NCBI GenBank assembly: GCA_041666845.1
Contig: JBAYGC010000006.1
Coordinates: 6-64,005, forward strand
Source: Patescibacteria group bacterium
GTDB taxonomy: Bacteria; Patescibacteriota; Patescibacteriia; UM-FILTER-42-10
Direction of reading: 5' to 3'
DNA: 64,000 nucleotides
Under the pieces are notes generated by a model that saw nothing but the letters and a program-made list of their open reading frames with translations, was not told the origin of the DNA and made no database searches. Positions 29,966 through 38,807 of this stretch are shown piece by piece (the stretch's first letter is position 1; every line of letters starts with the position of its first letter). A program made the position numbers and the translations under genes.

Positions 29966-30871
29966 ATGAAAAAAATCGTCGTAATCCTAGGACCAACCGC
30001 CGCCGGTAAAACCGGCATGTCTTTAACCTTGGCCAAAAAATTTAACGGCTATATCATTTCCGCTGACTCCCGCCAGGTGTACCGTGGGATGGATATCGGC
30101 ACGGGAAAATTGACCAAAGACAAATGGCAAGGGATCAATCACCGGATGATTGACATTATGGACCCGGACCAGGAATTCAGCCTGGCACAGTTTCAGAAAA
30201 CAGTCTTCGCCATCATCAACGAAGAAAAGGAAAAACTGCCTTTCCTGGTCGGCGGTACCGGCCTTTACATCCAGTCTATCGTGGACAATCTGGATATTCC
30301 CAAAGGCGGAATGGATAAAAATCTGCGCAAAGAGCTGGACGAAAAAACTGCTGAGGAACTTTTCAAAATACTGATTCAGCTGGACTATAAATCGGCACAG
30401 GAAATAGATATCAATAATAAACGCCGGCTGATCCGGGCCATCGAAGTTTTCAAAATATCCGGCGAAAAGTATTCGGAACAAAAAGGGAAAAACTCTCCCC
30501 TCGTTCAGACACTCCAAATCGGTATCAAATTATCCCGGGAAGAAATGTATGACCGCATCGACCGGCGAGTGGATGAGATGATCAAAGAAGGTTTGGTGGA
30601 TGAAGTGAAGGCGCTCGGCGACAAATACGGCTGGGACATCCCTGCCATGTCCGCGATCGGCTACAAACAGCTATCCGCGTATTTTAGAAATGAAATATCG
30701 CAAGCTGAAGCGATCGCTCAAATCAAAAACGACTCCCATCATTACGCCAAACGGCAAATGACGTGGTTCAAGCGCGACAGTCGGATAAAATGGGTTACAT
30801 CCGTGGCAGAAGCGGAAGAGCTGGTAAATAATTTCCTGACCAATAAATTCAGTTTTCACGGAATAATATGA
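29966..30871 (+). CDS. miaA: tRNA dimethylallyltransferase MiaA
   Basis: GPTAAGKT, SADSRQVY..MDIGT.K, VGGTGLY, YAKRQMTW; ATG at 29966. Confidence 0.97.
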   Translation: MKKIVVILGPTAAGKTGMSLTLAKKFNGYIISADSRQVYRGMDIGTGKLTKDKWQGINHRMIDIMDPDQEFSLAQFQKTVFAIINEEKEKLPFLVGGTGLYIQSIVDNLDIPKGGMDKNLRKELDEKTAEELFKILIQLDYKSAQEIDINNKRRLIRAIEVFKISGEKYSEQKGKNSPLVQTLQIGIKLSREEMYDRIDRRVDEMIKEGLVDEVKALGDKYGWDIPAMSAIGYKQLSAYFRNEISQAEAIAQIKNDSHHYAKRQMTWFKRDSRIKWVTSVAEAEELVNNFLTNKFSFHGII

Positions 30872-31758
30872 GTAAAGACTTAATATTTGTATTCTTTGGC
30901 GGTACTATGTCCGGTACATTTGGTGCGGGTGTTTCAACAGCACTGCAGAGTCTTAATGTAAATGAAAGGATTGACAGCATCTACGCTACTTCTGCCGGAG
31001 CGCATAATGCTGCCTATTTGATTTCAGAAGAAACGAATATCGGATCAAGTATTTATTATGAAAATCTAATAAATAATGAATTCTTAGAATTAAACAAATC
31101 TAAGTTAATCTATAAAATGCTGGCGAGCTTGTTCACCAGCAATAATAAGCTAAAAAAGATAATTAATATTGATTATCTCATTGACATTGAGAAAAATGCC
31201 AAGAAGCTTGATACTGAAAAGATAGCTAATTCCAATATTAATTTTTTTATTAGGGTGTTCAATGTAAATGAGCGGAAAGAACAATATCTCGACGGTAAGA
31301 GTGAAACACTAATTAAATTAAACGCCACGACTGCAATTGTCCCCTTTTATCCCAGGCAGATCATGATCAATGGTGTTCGATCCTGTAATGGTGATACTTT
31401 ATCAGTAATTATTGATCCTGAATTGGAAAAAATGATTAACGCCAACCCCGACAAAAAGATATATTTCGTATTCAACAACAAGGATAAAGAAAGAAACTCA
31501 TTTGCATATCTAATGAGGGAGTTTATCTGGACATTATTTCTAATGAAATATTTCAAAAGTACGTTTGCATTAAGAAAATTGAAAGTTAAATCCGAGAATG
31601 CAAAATTAAATAAATATCTTAAATATCCGAATATAAAGATAATTGAACCGGATTTCAGCACATCTGTTTTCTGCACAGACAAAAATAAGTTATTAAAAGC
31701 ATATGAAAATGGTTTAGAGAAAACAATGAATATGTTTAGCAAAAACAATGGGGATTAA
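30868..31758 (+). CDS. patatin-like phospholipase, AT-rich, divergent
   Basis: GGTMSG oxyanion loop, ATSAG nucleophile elbow, A..A.VPFY; DGG position reads NGD. Confidence 0.7.
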   Translation: MSKDLIFVFFGGTMSGTFGAGVSTALQSLNVNERIDSIYATSAGAHNAAYLISEETNIGSSIYYENLINNEFLELNKSKLIYKMLASLFTSNNKLKKIINIDYLIDIEKNAKKLDTEKIANSNINFFIRVFNVNERKEQYLDGKSETLIKLNATTAIVPFYPRQIMINGVRSCNGDTLSVIIDPELEKMINANPDKKIYFVFNNKDKERNSFAYLMREFIWTLFLMKYFKSTFALRKLKVKSENAKLNKYLKYPNIKIIEPDFSTSVFCTDKNKLLKAYENGLEKTMNMFSKNNGD

Positions 31759-31882
31759 TCTCAAGCAGAATTGTGGTAAAATGCACTATATGCGATATAT
31801 CGCTACTGACTTAGACAAATATTTTTCCGTGAACAGTATGGCGATAATTTACTAATTACTAAATCAATATAATATTACCACT

Positions 31883-32173
31883 ATGAATTTTGACGAGCCA
31901 CCAAAACCGGAAGGATTTAGCGAATATCAACTGGAAATAATGTCCATGATCGAGCGTGGCCGGGCTTCAAGTGAAGAAGAGGCGGTCAAAATTGTGGAAC
32001 TGGCCATGTTTGAGCAACGGATAGAACAATTTTCCGAAGACGATTTAAAACGCGATGCGGACGGCACTTGGCGCACCTTCGAAAATAAGATCAGATCAGT
32101 ATTCCCCGAACTGCCGGAAGACCGACGGAGAGCGATGAAAGCGGCCGTCTCCATGCATTTGTGCGGTATGTGA
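31883..32173 (+). CDS. hypothetical protein (96 aa)
   Basis: ATG ORF after AT-rich upstream region; acidic helical composition. Confidence 0.7.
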   Translation: MNFDEPPKPEGFSEYQLEIMSMIERGRASSEEEAVKIVELAMFEQRIEQFSEDDLKRDADGTWRTFENKIRSVFPELPEDRRRAMKAAVSMHLCGM

Positions 32174-32280
32174 TTTAGTGGTTGTTACAAATCAAAATGG
32201 TGTAATCTGTGGGACTGCCGTCAATAATCCTTGGATTTACCACCCGTCCGGAACATGATTTTAAATAGTAACAATAATCA

Positions 32281-32439
32281 GCTCCCCTCCTTGATAAGGA
32301 GGGGAAGGACATGCCGGGTTCTTAGATTGAGAAATAATTTCCGGGGGAGGTTTTTAATGTCATTCTCGGACGCCGACATTGGAGGCGATCCGGGAATCCA
32401 TTACTTTTTATGGATCTCCGGGTCAAGCCCGAAGATGAC
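32281..32439. repeat. two adjacent palindromic REP-like elements
   Basis: CCCCTCCTTGATAAGGAGGGG hairpin; GTCATTCTCGGA...TCCGGGAATCCA / TGGATCTCCGGGTCAAGCCCGAAGATGAC (32359-32439). Confidence 0.7.
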
Positions 32440-32527
32440 AGTTTCTTTATATATAAGTTGCTCAAAATCCATAACAAAAAACAAGCCCTGAAACTCCAGA
32501 GCCTGTTTTGTTATCTAGATTATTATC

Positions 32528-33463
32528 CTATTTCCCCATGAGCCACAAAATGATGGCTTTTTGAATATGCATCCTGTTTTCCGCCTGATCAAAGATTATG
32601 GAGTTGGGATGATCAATAGCGTCACGTGATATCTCATAGCCGACATGACACGGCATACAGTGCATAATTTTGGCCTTGGGGCTGTATTTATCCACGATTC
32701 CGGCATTGAGCTGGAACGGCTTGAATTGTTCAATTCTCTGGTCATATTCCGCTTGGTATTCCGGTTTCACTTTGCCGTCCTCAAAGAATTCCATATCCAT
32801 CCAGGTGTCGGTGTGCACGTAATCCGTATCTTTCATTGCTTCTTCCATATCCACAGTTTTGTGTACCTTCCCTGTTGCTTCCGCCATTCGGTTCAGTTCT
32901 TCATCAACGCTGATTTCGTGTACTCTCGGTGCGGCGAGGTATATATCGATCCCCAGTTTTGCGCAGACCAGTTTCAGGGTATTGCTGACATTGTTTTCAA
33001 TGCCGAGCCAGGTTACTTTTTTGATATTTTCAATTCCCCCGCTGTGTTCCACCATGGTCAGAAGATCGCCGAGTGACTGGCACGGGTGGTATTTTTCTGA
33101 ACAAGCGTCGATGACCGGAATTTTATCAAGTGATGCTGCGACATTTACATCGTTAAAAGACTTGGCGCGGAACATCAGTACATCACCGAAACGCATGACT
33201 GCTTGGATCTCGTCTTTGTAATCGGTTAAGGCGAACTGGGAAGTCCGGCTGTCTAAGAATATCGCGTGTCCACCGAGCTGGGTCATACCGGCTTCAAAGG
33301 AAAGACGGGTGCGGGTGGAAGTCTTCTGGAACAGCATGATCAATGTTTTGTTTTTCAAAACATCCCCGTATCTTTCCGGATTCGCTTTGATCTCCTGCGC
33401 TTTGCGGATTATTTCCAGAATATCCTCTTTAGAATAGTCCTTTAGTGTAAGACAGTGTTTCAT
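32528..33463 (-). CDS. argF: ornithine carbamoyltransferase (DME-loop subtype)
   Basis: FQKTSTRTR, HPCQ, TDTWMDME, HCMP, QAENR. Confidence 0.88.
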   Translation of the reverse strand: MKHCLTLKDYSKEDILEIIRKAQEIKANPERYGDVLKNKTLIMLFQKTSTRTRLSFEAGMTQLGGHAIFLDSRTSQFALTDYKDEIQAVMRFGDVLMFRAKSFNDVNVAASLDKIPVIDACSEKYHPCQSLGDLLTMVEHSGGIENIKKVTWLGIENNVSNTLKLVCAKLGIDIYLAAPRVHEISVDEELNRMAEATGKVHKTVDMEEAMKDTDYVHTDTWMDMEFFEDGKVKPEYQAEYDQRIEQFKPFQLNAGIVDKYSPKAKIMHCMPCHVGYEISRDAIDHPNSIIFDQAENRMHIQKAIILWLMGK

Positions 33464-33523
33464 AGATTTGATTTAAGATTTAAGTTTTAAGTTTTTAGAT
33501 TTTTAAAAATGGATGATAGTATT

Positions 33524-33563
33524 ACCATTGCGACCCGGGCATTTACGAAGTAAATGCATCGGG
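33524..33563. repeat. 40-bp direct repeat (left arm of ACCATTGCGA element)
   Basis: 38/40 identical to 37224-37263. Confidence 0.9.
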
Positions 33564-33570
33564 CTAGTTT

Positions 33571-34380
33571 CTATCCAATTCTTTTTAAATATGCGTCCCA
33601 CGCGACTTGTCTGTACTCCTTCGCTTCCGCTACCGGATCATCCGCGCCGTAAATCCCCCGTCCAACAATAATAATGTCCGAACCGGCGGTGATCACATCG
33701 GACGGTGTGGTGTATTGCTGTTTCAGCGCATCATCCCCGCCACCCAGTTTAACGCCCGGAGTCATTATAATAAACTCTTCGGCATTTAGTCCAGTCAGTT
33801 TACTAAGTTCCTTCACATCTCCGCCATTGCCGATAAATCCGATAACAAAATCAGCATATTCTCGCGCTAATACTACCGCTTTTTCGGTATATTCATCGGT
33901 TGCCAGGTTTCCTTTGGAACTCATCTGCGCAAGTAAGATTAATGCCCGCTCTTTCCCGCTTTCCCTTGCTACCTCCTGCAGTCCCTCGATTATTCCGGGA
34001 CCCGGGACAATATGCGCATTTACCATATCCGACCATTCCACTATTTTATAAATCCCCCCGCCATACTGCATTTTGACTGTGTTGCCGATATCGGCGAATT
34101 TACGGTCCTCAAAGATTAAAAAATTGTGCTTTTTAGCGAGGTTTGATAATTCTGTGATAAATCCATCGTTAAACCCCTCAATGATATCTATATGCGTTTT
34201 TAATATGCAAAGTTCCGGTCCGATCGTGTCCGCCAATTTTAATACTAAATCGGCCTCCGGCTCATCAATAGCCAGTGCGAGGTTGGTTTGTTTCTGTTCC
34301 ATTAACCGCAGTAATTTTACGGCCACCGGGTTTTTCGCATTTTCTGCTCTTTGAAGATATGTTTGATATTGTTTATTCAT
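33571..34380 (-). CDS. pyrF: OMP decarboxylase (long URA3/UMPS-like form)
   Basis: KQTNL, LKTHIDI, FEDRKFADIGNT, TPGV, IIVGRGI. Confidence 0.95.
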   Translation of the reverse strand: MNKQYQTYLQRAENAKNPVAVKLLRLMEQKQTNLALAIDEPEADLVLKLADTIGPELCILKTHIDIIEGFNDGFITELSNLAKKHNFLIFEDRKFADIGNTVKMQYGGGIYKIVEWSDMVNAHIVPGPGIIEGLQEVARESGKERALILLAQMSSKGNLATDEYTEKAVVLAREYADFVIGFIGNGGDVKELSKLTGLNAEEFIIMTPGVKLGGGDDALKQQYTTPSDVITAGSDIIIVGRGIYGADDPVAEAKEYRQVAWDAYLKRIG

Positions 34381-34409
34381 AATTATCTATAATTTAACTC
34401 AGCGCAACT

Positions 34410-35084
34410 TTACTGGGAAACACCGTACCTGACAAGATATTCTTCCATTCTATCTTTAGTGTCGTCATCCAGATATATTTGACCGTCGATTTTCTGGTTG
34501 TGCAGAACTTCAATCACTTCCCGTACTGTGACAATCGCCTTAACCGGAATGCCTTGTGACTTTTCAAACTCGAGCAATGCATCATTTCCATTGCTATCCT
34601 GTTCCTGACGGTTAAAGGCAATCACCAACCCGGCAAAACTGACATTTTCAAATCTTGCTTTTATCATATTAACCGCATCCTCTTTGGTTTTTCCGGTGGT
34701 CATCACATCATCAATCAAAAGTATTTTCTGGCCTGGTGCCGGCTCATAACCGACAAAAGCACTTTTATCGCCGTAATCTTTGGCTTCCTTACGGTCAAAA
34801 AGATATCCTTTATCCATGCCGAAATCTTTCGCCAGTGCCAGCGAGGCGGCTACCGCCAAAGGAATCCCTTTGTAAGCCGGTCCGAAGATCACATCAAAAT
34901 CCACTACTTCTTCACGAATCAGTGCGGCGTAGAAATATCCCAATTTATAAATCGATGCTCCAGTATTAAAATTACCCGTGCTAAAAAAATATGGTGAAAT
35001 GCGCCCGCTTTTTAATGTAAACTGTCCGAACTTCAAAGCTTCCGATCTAACCAAGAATTCAATAAAATCTTTTTTATAACTCAT
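34410..35084 (-). CDS. pyrE: orotate phosphoribosyltransferase
   Basis: FTLKSGR.SPYF, FGPAYKGIP, RKEAKD, IDDVMTTG. Confidence 0.95.
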   Translation of the reverse strand: MSYKKDFIEFLVRSEALKFGQFTLKSGRISPYFFSTGNFNTGASIYKLGYFYAALIREEVVDFDVIFGPAYKGIPLAVAASLALAKDFGMDKGYLFDRKEAKDYGDKSAFVGYEPAPGQKILLIDDVMTTGKTKEDAVNMIKARFENVSFAGLVIAFNRQEQDSNGNDALLEFEKSQGIPVKAIVTVREVIEVLHNQKIDGQIYLDDDTKDRMEEYLVRYGVSQ

Positions 35085-36360
35085 ATTTTATCTCCTTACC
35101 TTTAAATTGTTCATTAATTTCGAGCGAATTGTAAACAATATTGCCGCCGATGATCGTGGCGGTTGGCCAGCCGGTCAGCATTTTTCCGGCAAACGGCGTC
35201 CAGGCGCATTTAGATTCCATTTCCTCATTGATCACTTCTTTTTCCATTTGCATATCAAGCAGAACCAGATCCGCATCATAACCCTCATCGATTTTTCCTT
35301 TATGCTTGATTTTAAATATACGGGCGGGATTTTCACAGACGAGTTCGACAACTTTCTTCAAATCAATTCTGCCTTTACTCACCTCGTTCAATAGTAATGG
35401 TAACATAGTTTCCACCCCCGGAACACCGGCCGGCGCCTGCCAATAGGGCTGCATCTTTTCATCCCTGGTGTGCGGGGCATGGTCCGTAGCGATGGTATCA
35501 ACCGTGCCATCCGCAATCCCGCGCCACAGTGCCAATCGATCCGACTCGGGTCTGAGCGGCGGGTTCATCTTAACCCAGTTACCCTGTTTGCCATATTCAC
35601 TGCTGTTCAAGAATAAATGGTGCGGTGCGACTTCGCAGGTAACCGGCAGACCTTTGGCTTTGGCTGATTTGATCAGTTTCAATTCGCCGGCAGTGCTGAC
35701 ATGGCAAAAATGCACGCGCGCTTTGGTTCGCTCGACAATAGCTAAAATATTTTTAACGGCTAATATCGCAGCTTCGGGCGCTCTTACTATAGTATGAATT
35801 ATCGGGTCATCCGTCCCGCTGTATTCTTTACTCTTTTCCTGAATAAAAGCTTCATCTTCAGCATGAACGAGAAACAGTCTTTTTGCTCCATTAAATATTT
35901 TTTTGATATCATCGATTCTATCCACCAAAAGATTTCCTGTTGATGAACCAAAATATATTTTTATTCCGGCAATGTTTTGAGCTGAATTTAGAAAGCTCAG
36001 GTTATCAGTTGTTGCTCCAATATGAAATCCATAATTAACTACGCTTTTTTTCGCCAATTCCCGTTTCAAATTCAAAGACGCTTCGTCGATAATCGGCGGG
36101 TTGTTGTTCGGCATATCTAGAACTGTGGTGACGCCCCCTTTGACCGCCGCGCGCGATCCGGTCAGCCAATCCTCTTTATGCTCCGCACCGGGTTCTCGGA
36201 AATGCACATGCCCGTCAATTATTCCTGGCATTAAAATAAGCCCAGTACAGTCGATAATTTCTTTTTCTAAATCTTTGCCAATTTTGTTGATTACTCCGCC
36301 TGAAATATGAACATCTACCTCCCTTGATTCCAGGATGCAATTTTTCAGCGTGATATCCAT
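35074..36360 (-). CDS. pyrC: dihydroorotase
   Basis: DGHVHFREPG, DMPN, HAED, NPPLR, ATDHAPH. Confidence 0.93.
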   Translation of the reverse strand: MDITLKNCILESREVDVHISGGVINKIGKDLEKEIIDCTGLILMPGIIDGHVHFREPGAEHKEDWLTGSRAAVKGGVTTVLDMPNNNPPIIDEASLNLKRELAKKSVVNYGFHIGATTDNLSFLNSAQNIAGIKIYFGSSTGNLLVDRIDDIKKIFNGAKRLFLVHAEDEAFIQEKSKEYSGTDDPIIHTIVRAPEAAILAVKNILAIVERTKARVHFCHVSTAGELKLIKSAKAKGLPVTCEVAPHHLFLNSSEYGKQGNWVKMNPPLRPESDRLALWRGIADGTVDTIATDHAPHTRDEKMQPYWQAPAGVPGVETMLPLLLNEVSKGRIDLKKVVELVCENPARIFKIKHKGKIDEGYDADLVLLDMQMEKEVINEEMESKCAWTPFAGKMLTGWPTATIIGGNIVYNSLEINEQFKGKEIKYEL

Positions 36361-36362
36361 AA

Positions 36363-37178
36363 TTAAAAATCCTTTTTCACTCCGGAGCCGGATCGGTGAA
36401 ATTTCCCAAATTCAGAAATTAACCTCGCTCTTTCAGAATCAACCACCGGCCCTTTGACGCACATCGGTTCACCCGTACCGTCCACGGAACAGGCACCGCA
36501 AACACCCATACCGCATTTCATATAGCGTTCAATGCTGATCTGACAATTAATACTGGCAGTTTCACATAAATCAAATACCGCTTTTTCCATCATTTCCGGA
36601 CCGCAGGTATAAACTAAATCAATTTTTTCTTTATTTAATATTTCCTGCAAGGGACCTGTAACCATACCTTCAATTCCGAATGATCCGTCGTTGGTGGTTG
36701 TGTATATTTTTGTCTTTAAATTATTTATTCTGTTTTGAAATAGCAAATACTCTTTTGACCGCGCTCCGTTGATAAAATGAATCTCCACCCCGTCTTTGGC
36801 TAATTGCTCCGCCATGTTTAATAATGGCGCTACACCGTATCCGCCACCGACCATCACCACTTTTTTTGCATCTTTATCTTTCCAAAATCCATGACCATAC
36901 GGCCCACGGATTCCTACCCGGTCCCCGACTTTCAGTTTAAAAAGCTCTTCGGTAAACGGACCGACTTTCGCGATTGCCAAGCCCAGTTCATTTCCGGTAT
37001 CGTACGCAATGCTGAAAGGCTTCTCATCCAGTCCGGGAATCCAAAGCATGACAAACTGACCGGCTTGTGAATTCAAAGTATGCTGAAAATAAAATGTGTC
37101 TACATTCTCATTTTCTTTTTCCCGCCGGACAATCGGCATCATTAACGGTTTATCCAATTTATTGATCCAATGATTCAT
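36363..37178 (-). CDS. pyrK: dihydroorotate dehydrogenase electron transfer subunit
   Basis: GQFVM, RGPYG, GGGYGVAP, CGP, MKCG.GVCG.C; probable ATG at 37178. Confidence 0.93.
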   Translation of the reverse strand: MNHWINKLDKPLMMPIVRREKENENVDTFYFQHTLNSQAGQFVMLWIPGLDEKPFSIAYDTGNELGLAIAKVGPFTEELFKLKVGDRVGIRGPYGHGFWKDKDAKKVVMVGGGYGVAPLLNMAEQLAKDGVEIHFINGARSKEYLLFQNRINNLKTKIYTTTNDGSFGIEGMVTGPLQEILNKEKIDLVYTCGPEMMEKAVFDLCETASINCQISIERYMKCGMGVCGACSVDGTGEPMCVKGPVVDSERARLISEFGKFHRSGSGVKKDF

Positions 37179-37223
37179 AAATAATCCCCTGATTACCAAT
37201 TACTTTTTATGATAGAAACCAGC

Positions 37224-37419
37224 ACCATTGCGACCCGTGCGTTTACGAAGTAAATGCATCGGGGACACAATCCCGCTACTAATTGTCACTTCGACCGTAG
37301 TGGACCCGCCTCGACTCGCTTCTACTCGTCGACGCGGGGAAGTCTATAGATTTCTCGACTTCGTCGCGCTTAGCGCGGCTACGCTCGAAATGACACATAA
37401 AAACGTGCTCGCAATGGTT
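37224..37419. repeat. three-level nested palindromic element, copy 2
   Basis: Outer IR ACCATTGCGA/TCGCAATGGT; inner GTCACTTCGA...TCGAAATGAC; innermost CCCGCC hairpin 37305-37338. Confidence 0.9.
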
Positions 37420-37433
37420 ACATCTATTACCAA

Positions 37434-38351
37434 TTACTTCTTATGTGCTAGCCCGATTATTTCATTAATTGATTCAAAACCCTCCGCTTGCATGTATTCC
37501 TTAATCTCATCACAAATCAGTGTGAATACTTCCGCTCCGCGGTAATACACCGCCGTTCCTACCTGAACCGCGGATGCACCCAACATCATCATTTCAATCG
37601 CATCTCTACCTGTGGTGACTCCGCCGATGCCGATTACCGGAATTTTTACGGACTGATAAATATCGGAAACACACCGCGCAGCAATCGGCCGGAGTGCCGG
37701 TCCAGTTACTCCGCCCATACCGAAATGCAGGATCGGTTTTTTAGCATAGATATCGAGATGAATCCCGGGTCCCATGGAGTTAACTGCAGAGATCGCATCC
37801 GCACCGCCCGCTTCCGCTGCCTTCGCAACTTCGCCGATCGGTTGGCTTTCCGGGGAAACTTTGATAAATAATGGCAGTTTGGTTTTTTCCCTGATTCTAC
37901 GCGTTATCTCTTCGGTTGCTTTCGGCGTTCCCTGCCCGGCCATTGTTCCGTACCCCGGAGTATGCGGGCAGGATAAAACCGCTTCCACCGCGGAAAATTC
38001 ATCATTCAGAAAATTCTCCGCCATATAGGCAAACTCATCCGCATCTTTGCCGATAATGCTGGCAATAATCGGCGCTTTTAATTCTTTCAGATTAGTAAAC
38101 TCCGCTTTCGCTTTGTAGAGGCCCGGATTGGAATATCCGACCGCATTCATAAAACCGCCCTCGATCGCGTGCATATTCGGTGCGTCATGCCCTTTGCGTT
38201 CTTCCCGGCTGATGGATTTGATCACACAACCACCGGCGCCGTTTTGGATCACGTATTTCAAAGAATCCCTGGTGACACCAAGAATCCCCGACGCTAAGAT
38301 GGTCGGATTACTGAATTTTATCCCCGCTAGATTAATTGATAAACCTTTCAT
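37434..38351 (-). CDS. pyrD: dihydroorotate dehydrogenase class 1B catalytic subunit
   Basis: ASG, NAVG..NPG, SCPH, GGVTG, GIGGV. Confidence 0.95.
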   Translation of the reverse strand: MKGLSINLAGIKFSNPTILASGILGVTRDSLKYVIQNGAGGCVIKSISREERKGHDAPNMHAIEGGFMNAVGYSNPGLYKAKAEFTNLKELKAPIIASIIGKDADEFAYMAENFLNDEFSAVEAVLSCPHTPGYGTMAGQGTPKATEEITRRIREKTKLPLFIKVSPESQPIGEVAKAAEAGGADAISAVNSMGPGIHLDIYAKKPILHFGMGGVTGPALRPIAARCVSDIYQSVKIPVIGIGGVTTGRDAIEMMMLGASAVQVGTAVYYRGAEVFTLICDEIKEYMQAEGFESINEIIGLAHKK

Positions 38352-38354
38352 ATA

Positions 38355-38804
38355 TCAGGCAAGAGTAACTTCGTCCAATCCAAATGTCCGCTCGCAGAAG
38401 AAGCAGTACAATTCAATCGGTTTTTCTTTAACCAAACTGAACTTCGTGACCACCGGTTCATGATTGGTAACACAGTTCGGATTGCCGCATTTGATAATCC
38501 CGTCTATTTCCTTAGGAATTTTGACCGGAATTTTTTTTGCTACTTCGAAATTCCGGATGATGTTGATCGTGGCATTGGTTGCGACGATCGCGAGTCTACT
38601 GACCTCCTCCGGTGTGAGTTCCCGGTTTTCGATCTTGACCACATCTTTTTTCTTACTTCTTTTGCTGACAAAATGCATCCCCAAGGTGACAATATCCTGA
38701 TCGTTGGCGATACCTAAAAGATTTATCACATCCATTCCTTTACCGGATGGAATATGGTCAATCACCGTGCCGTCTTTGATTGCGTAAACTTTGTAAGCGC
38801 GCAT
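38355..38804 (-). CDS. pyrI: aspartate carbamoyltransferase regulatory subunit
   Basis: IKDGTVIDHI, C.NPNCVT, C.FCE zinc ligands. Confidence 0.95.
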   Translation of the reverse strand: MRAYKVYAIKDGTVIDHIPSGKGMDVINLLGIANDQDIVTLGMHFVSKRSKKKDVVKIENRELTPEEVSRLAIVATNATINIIRNFEVAKKIPVKIPKEIDGIIKCGNPNCVTNHEPVVTKFSLVKEKPIELYCFFCERTFGLDEVTLA

Positions 38805-38807
38805 AGT

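Noticed and set aside
29727-29996. ORFs 29727..29996 and 37228..37545 sharing peptide text
   Set aside because: Similarity comes from the non-coding composite repeat, not a protein family.
33471-33503. Heptamer-like ATTTAAG/TTTTAAG run before argF
   Set aside because: Short low-complexity AT-rich tract with no supportable function.
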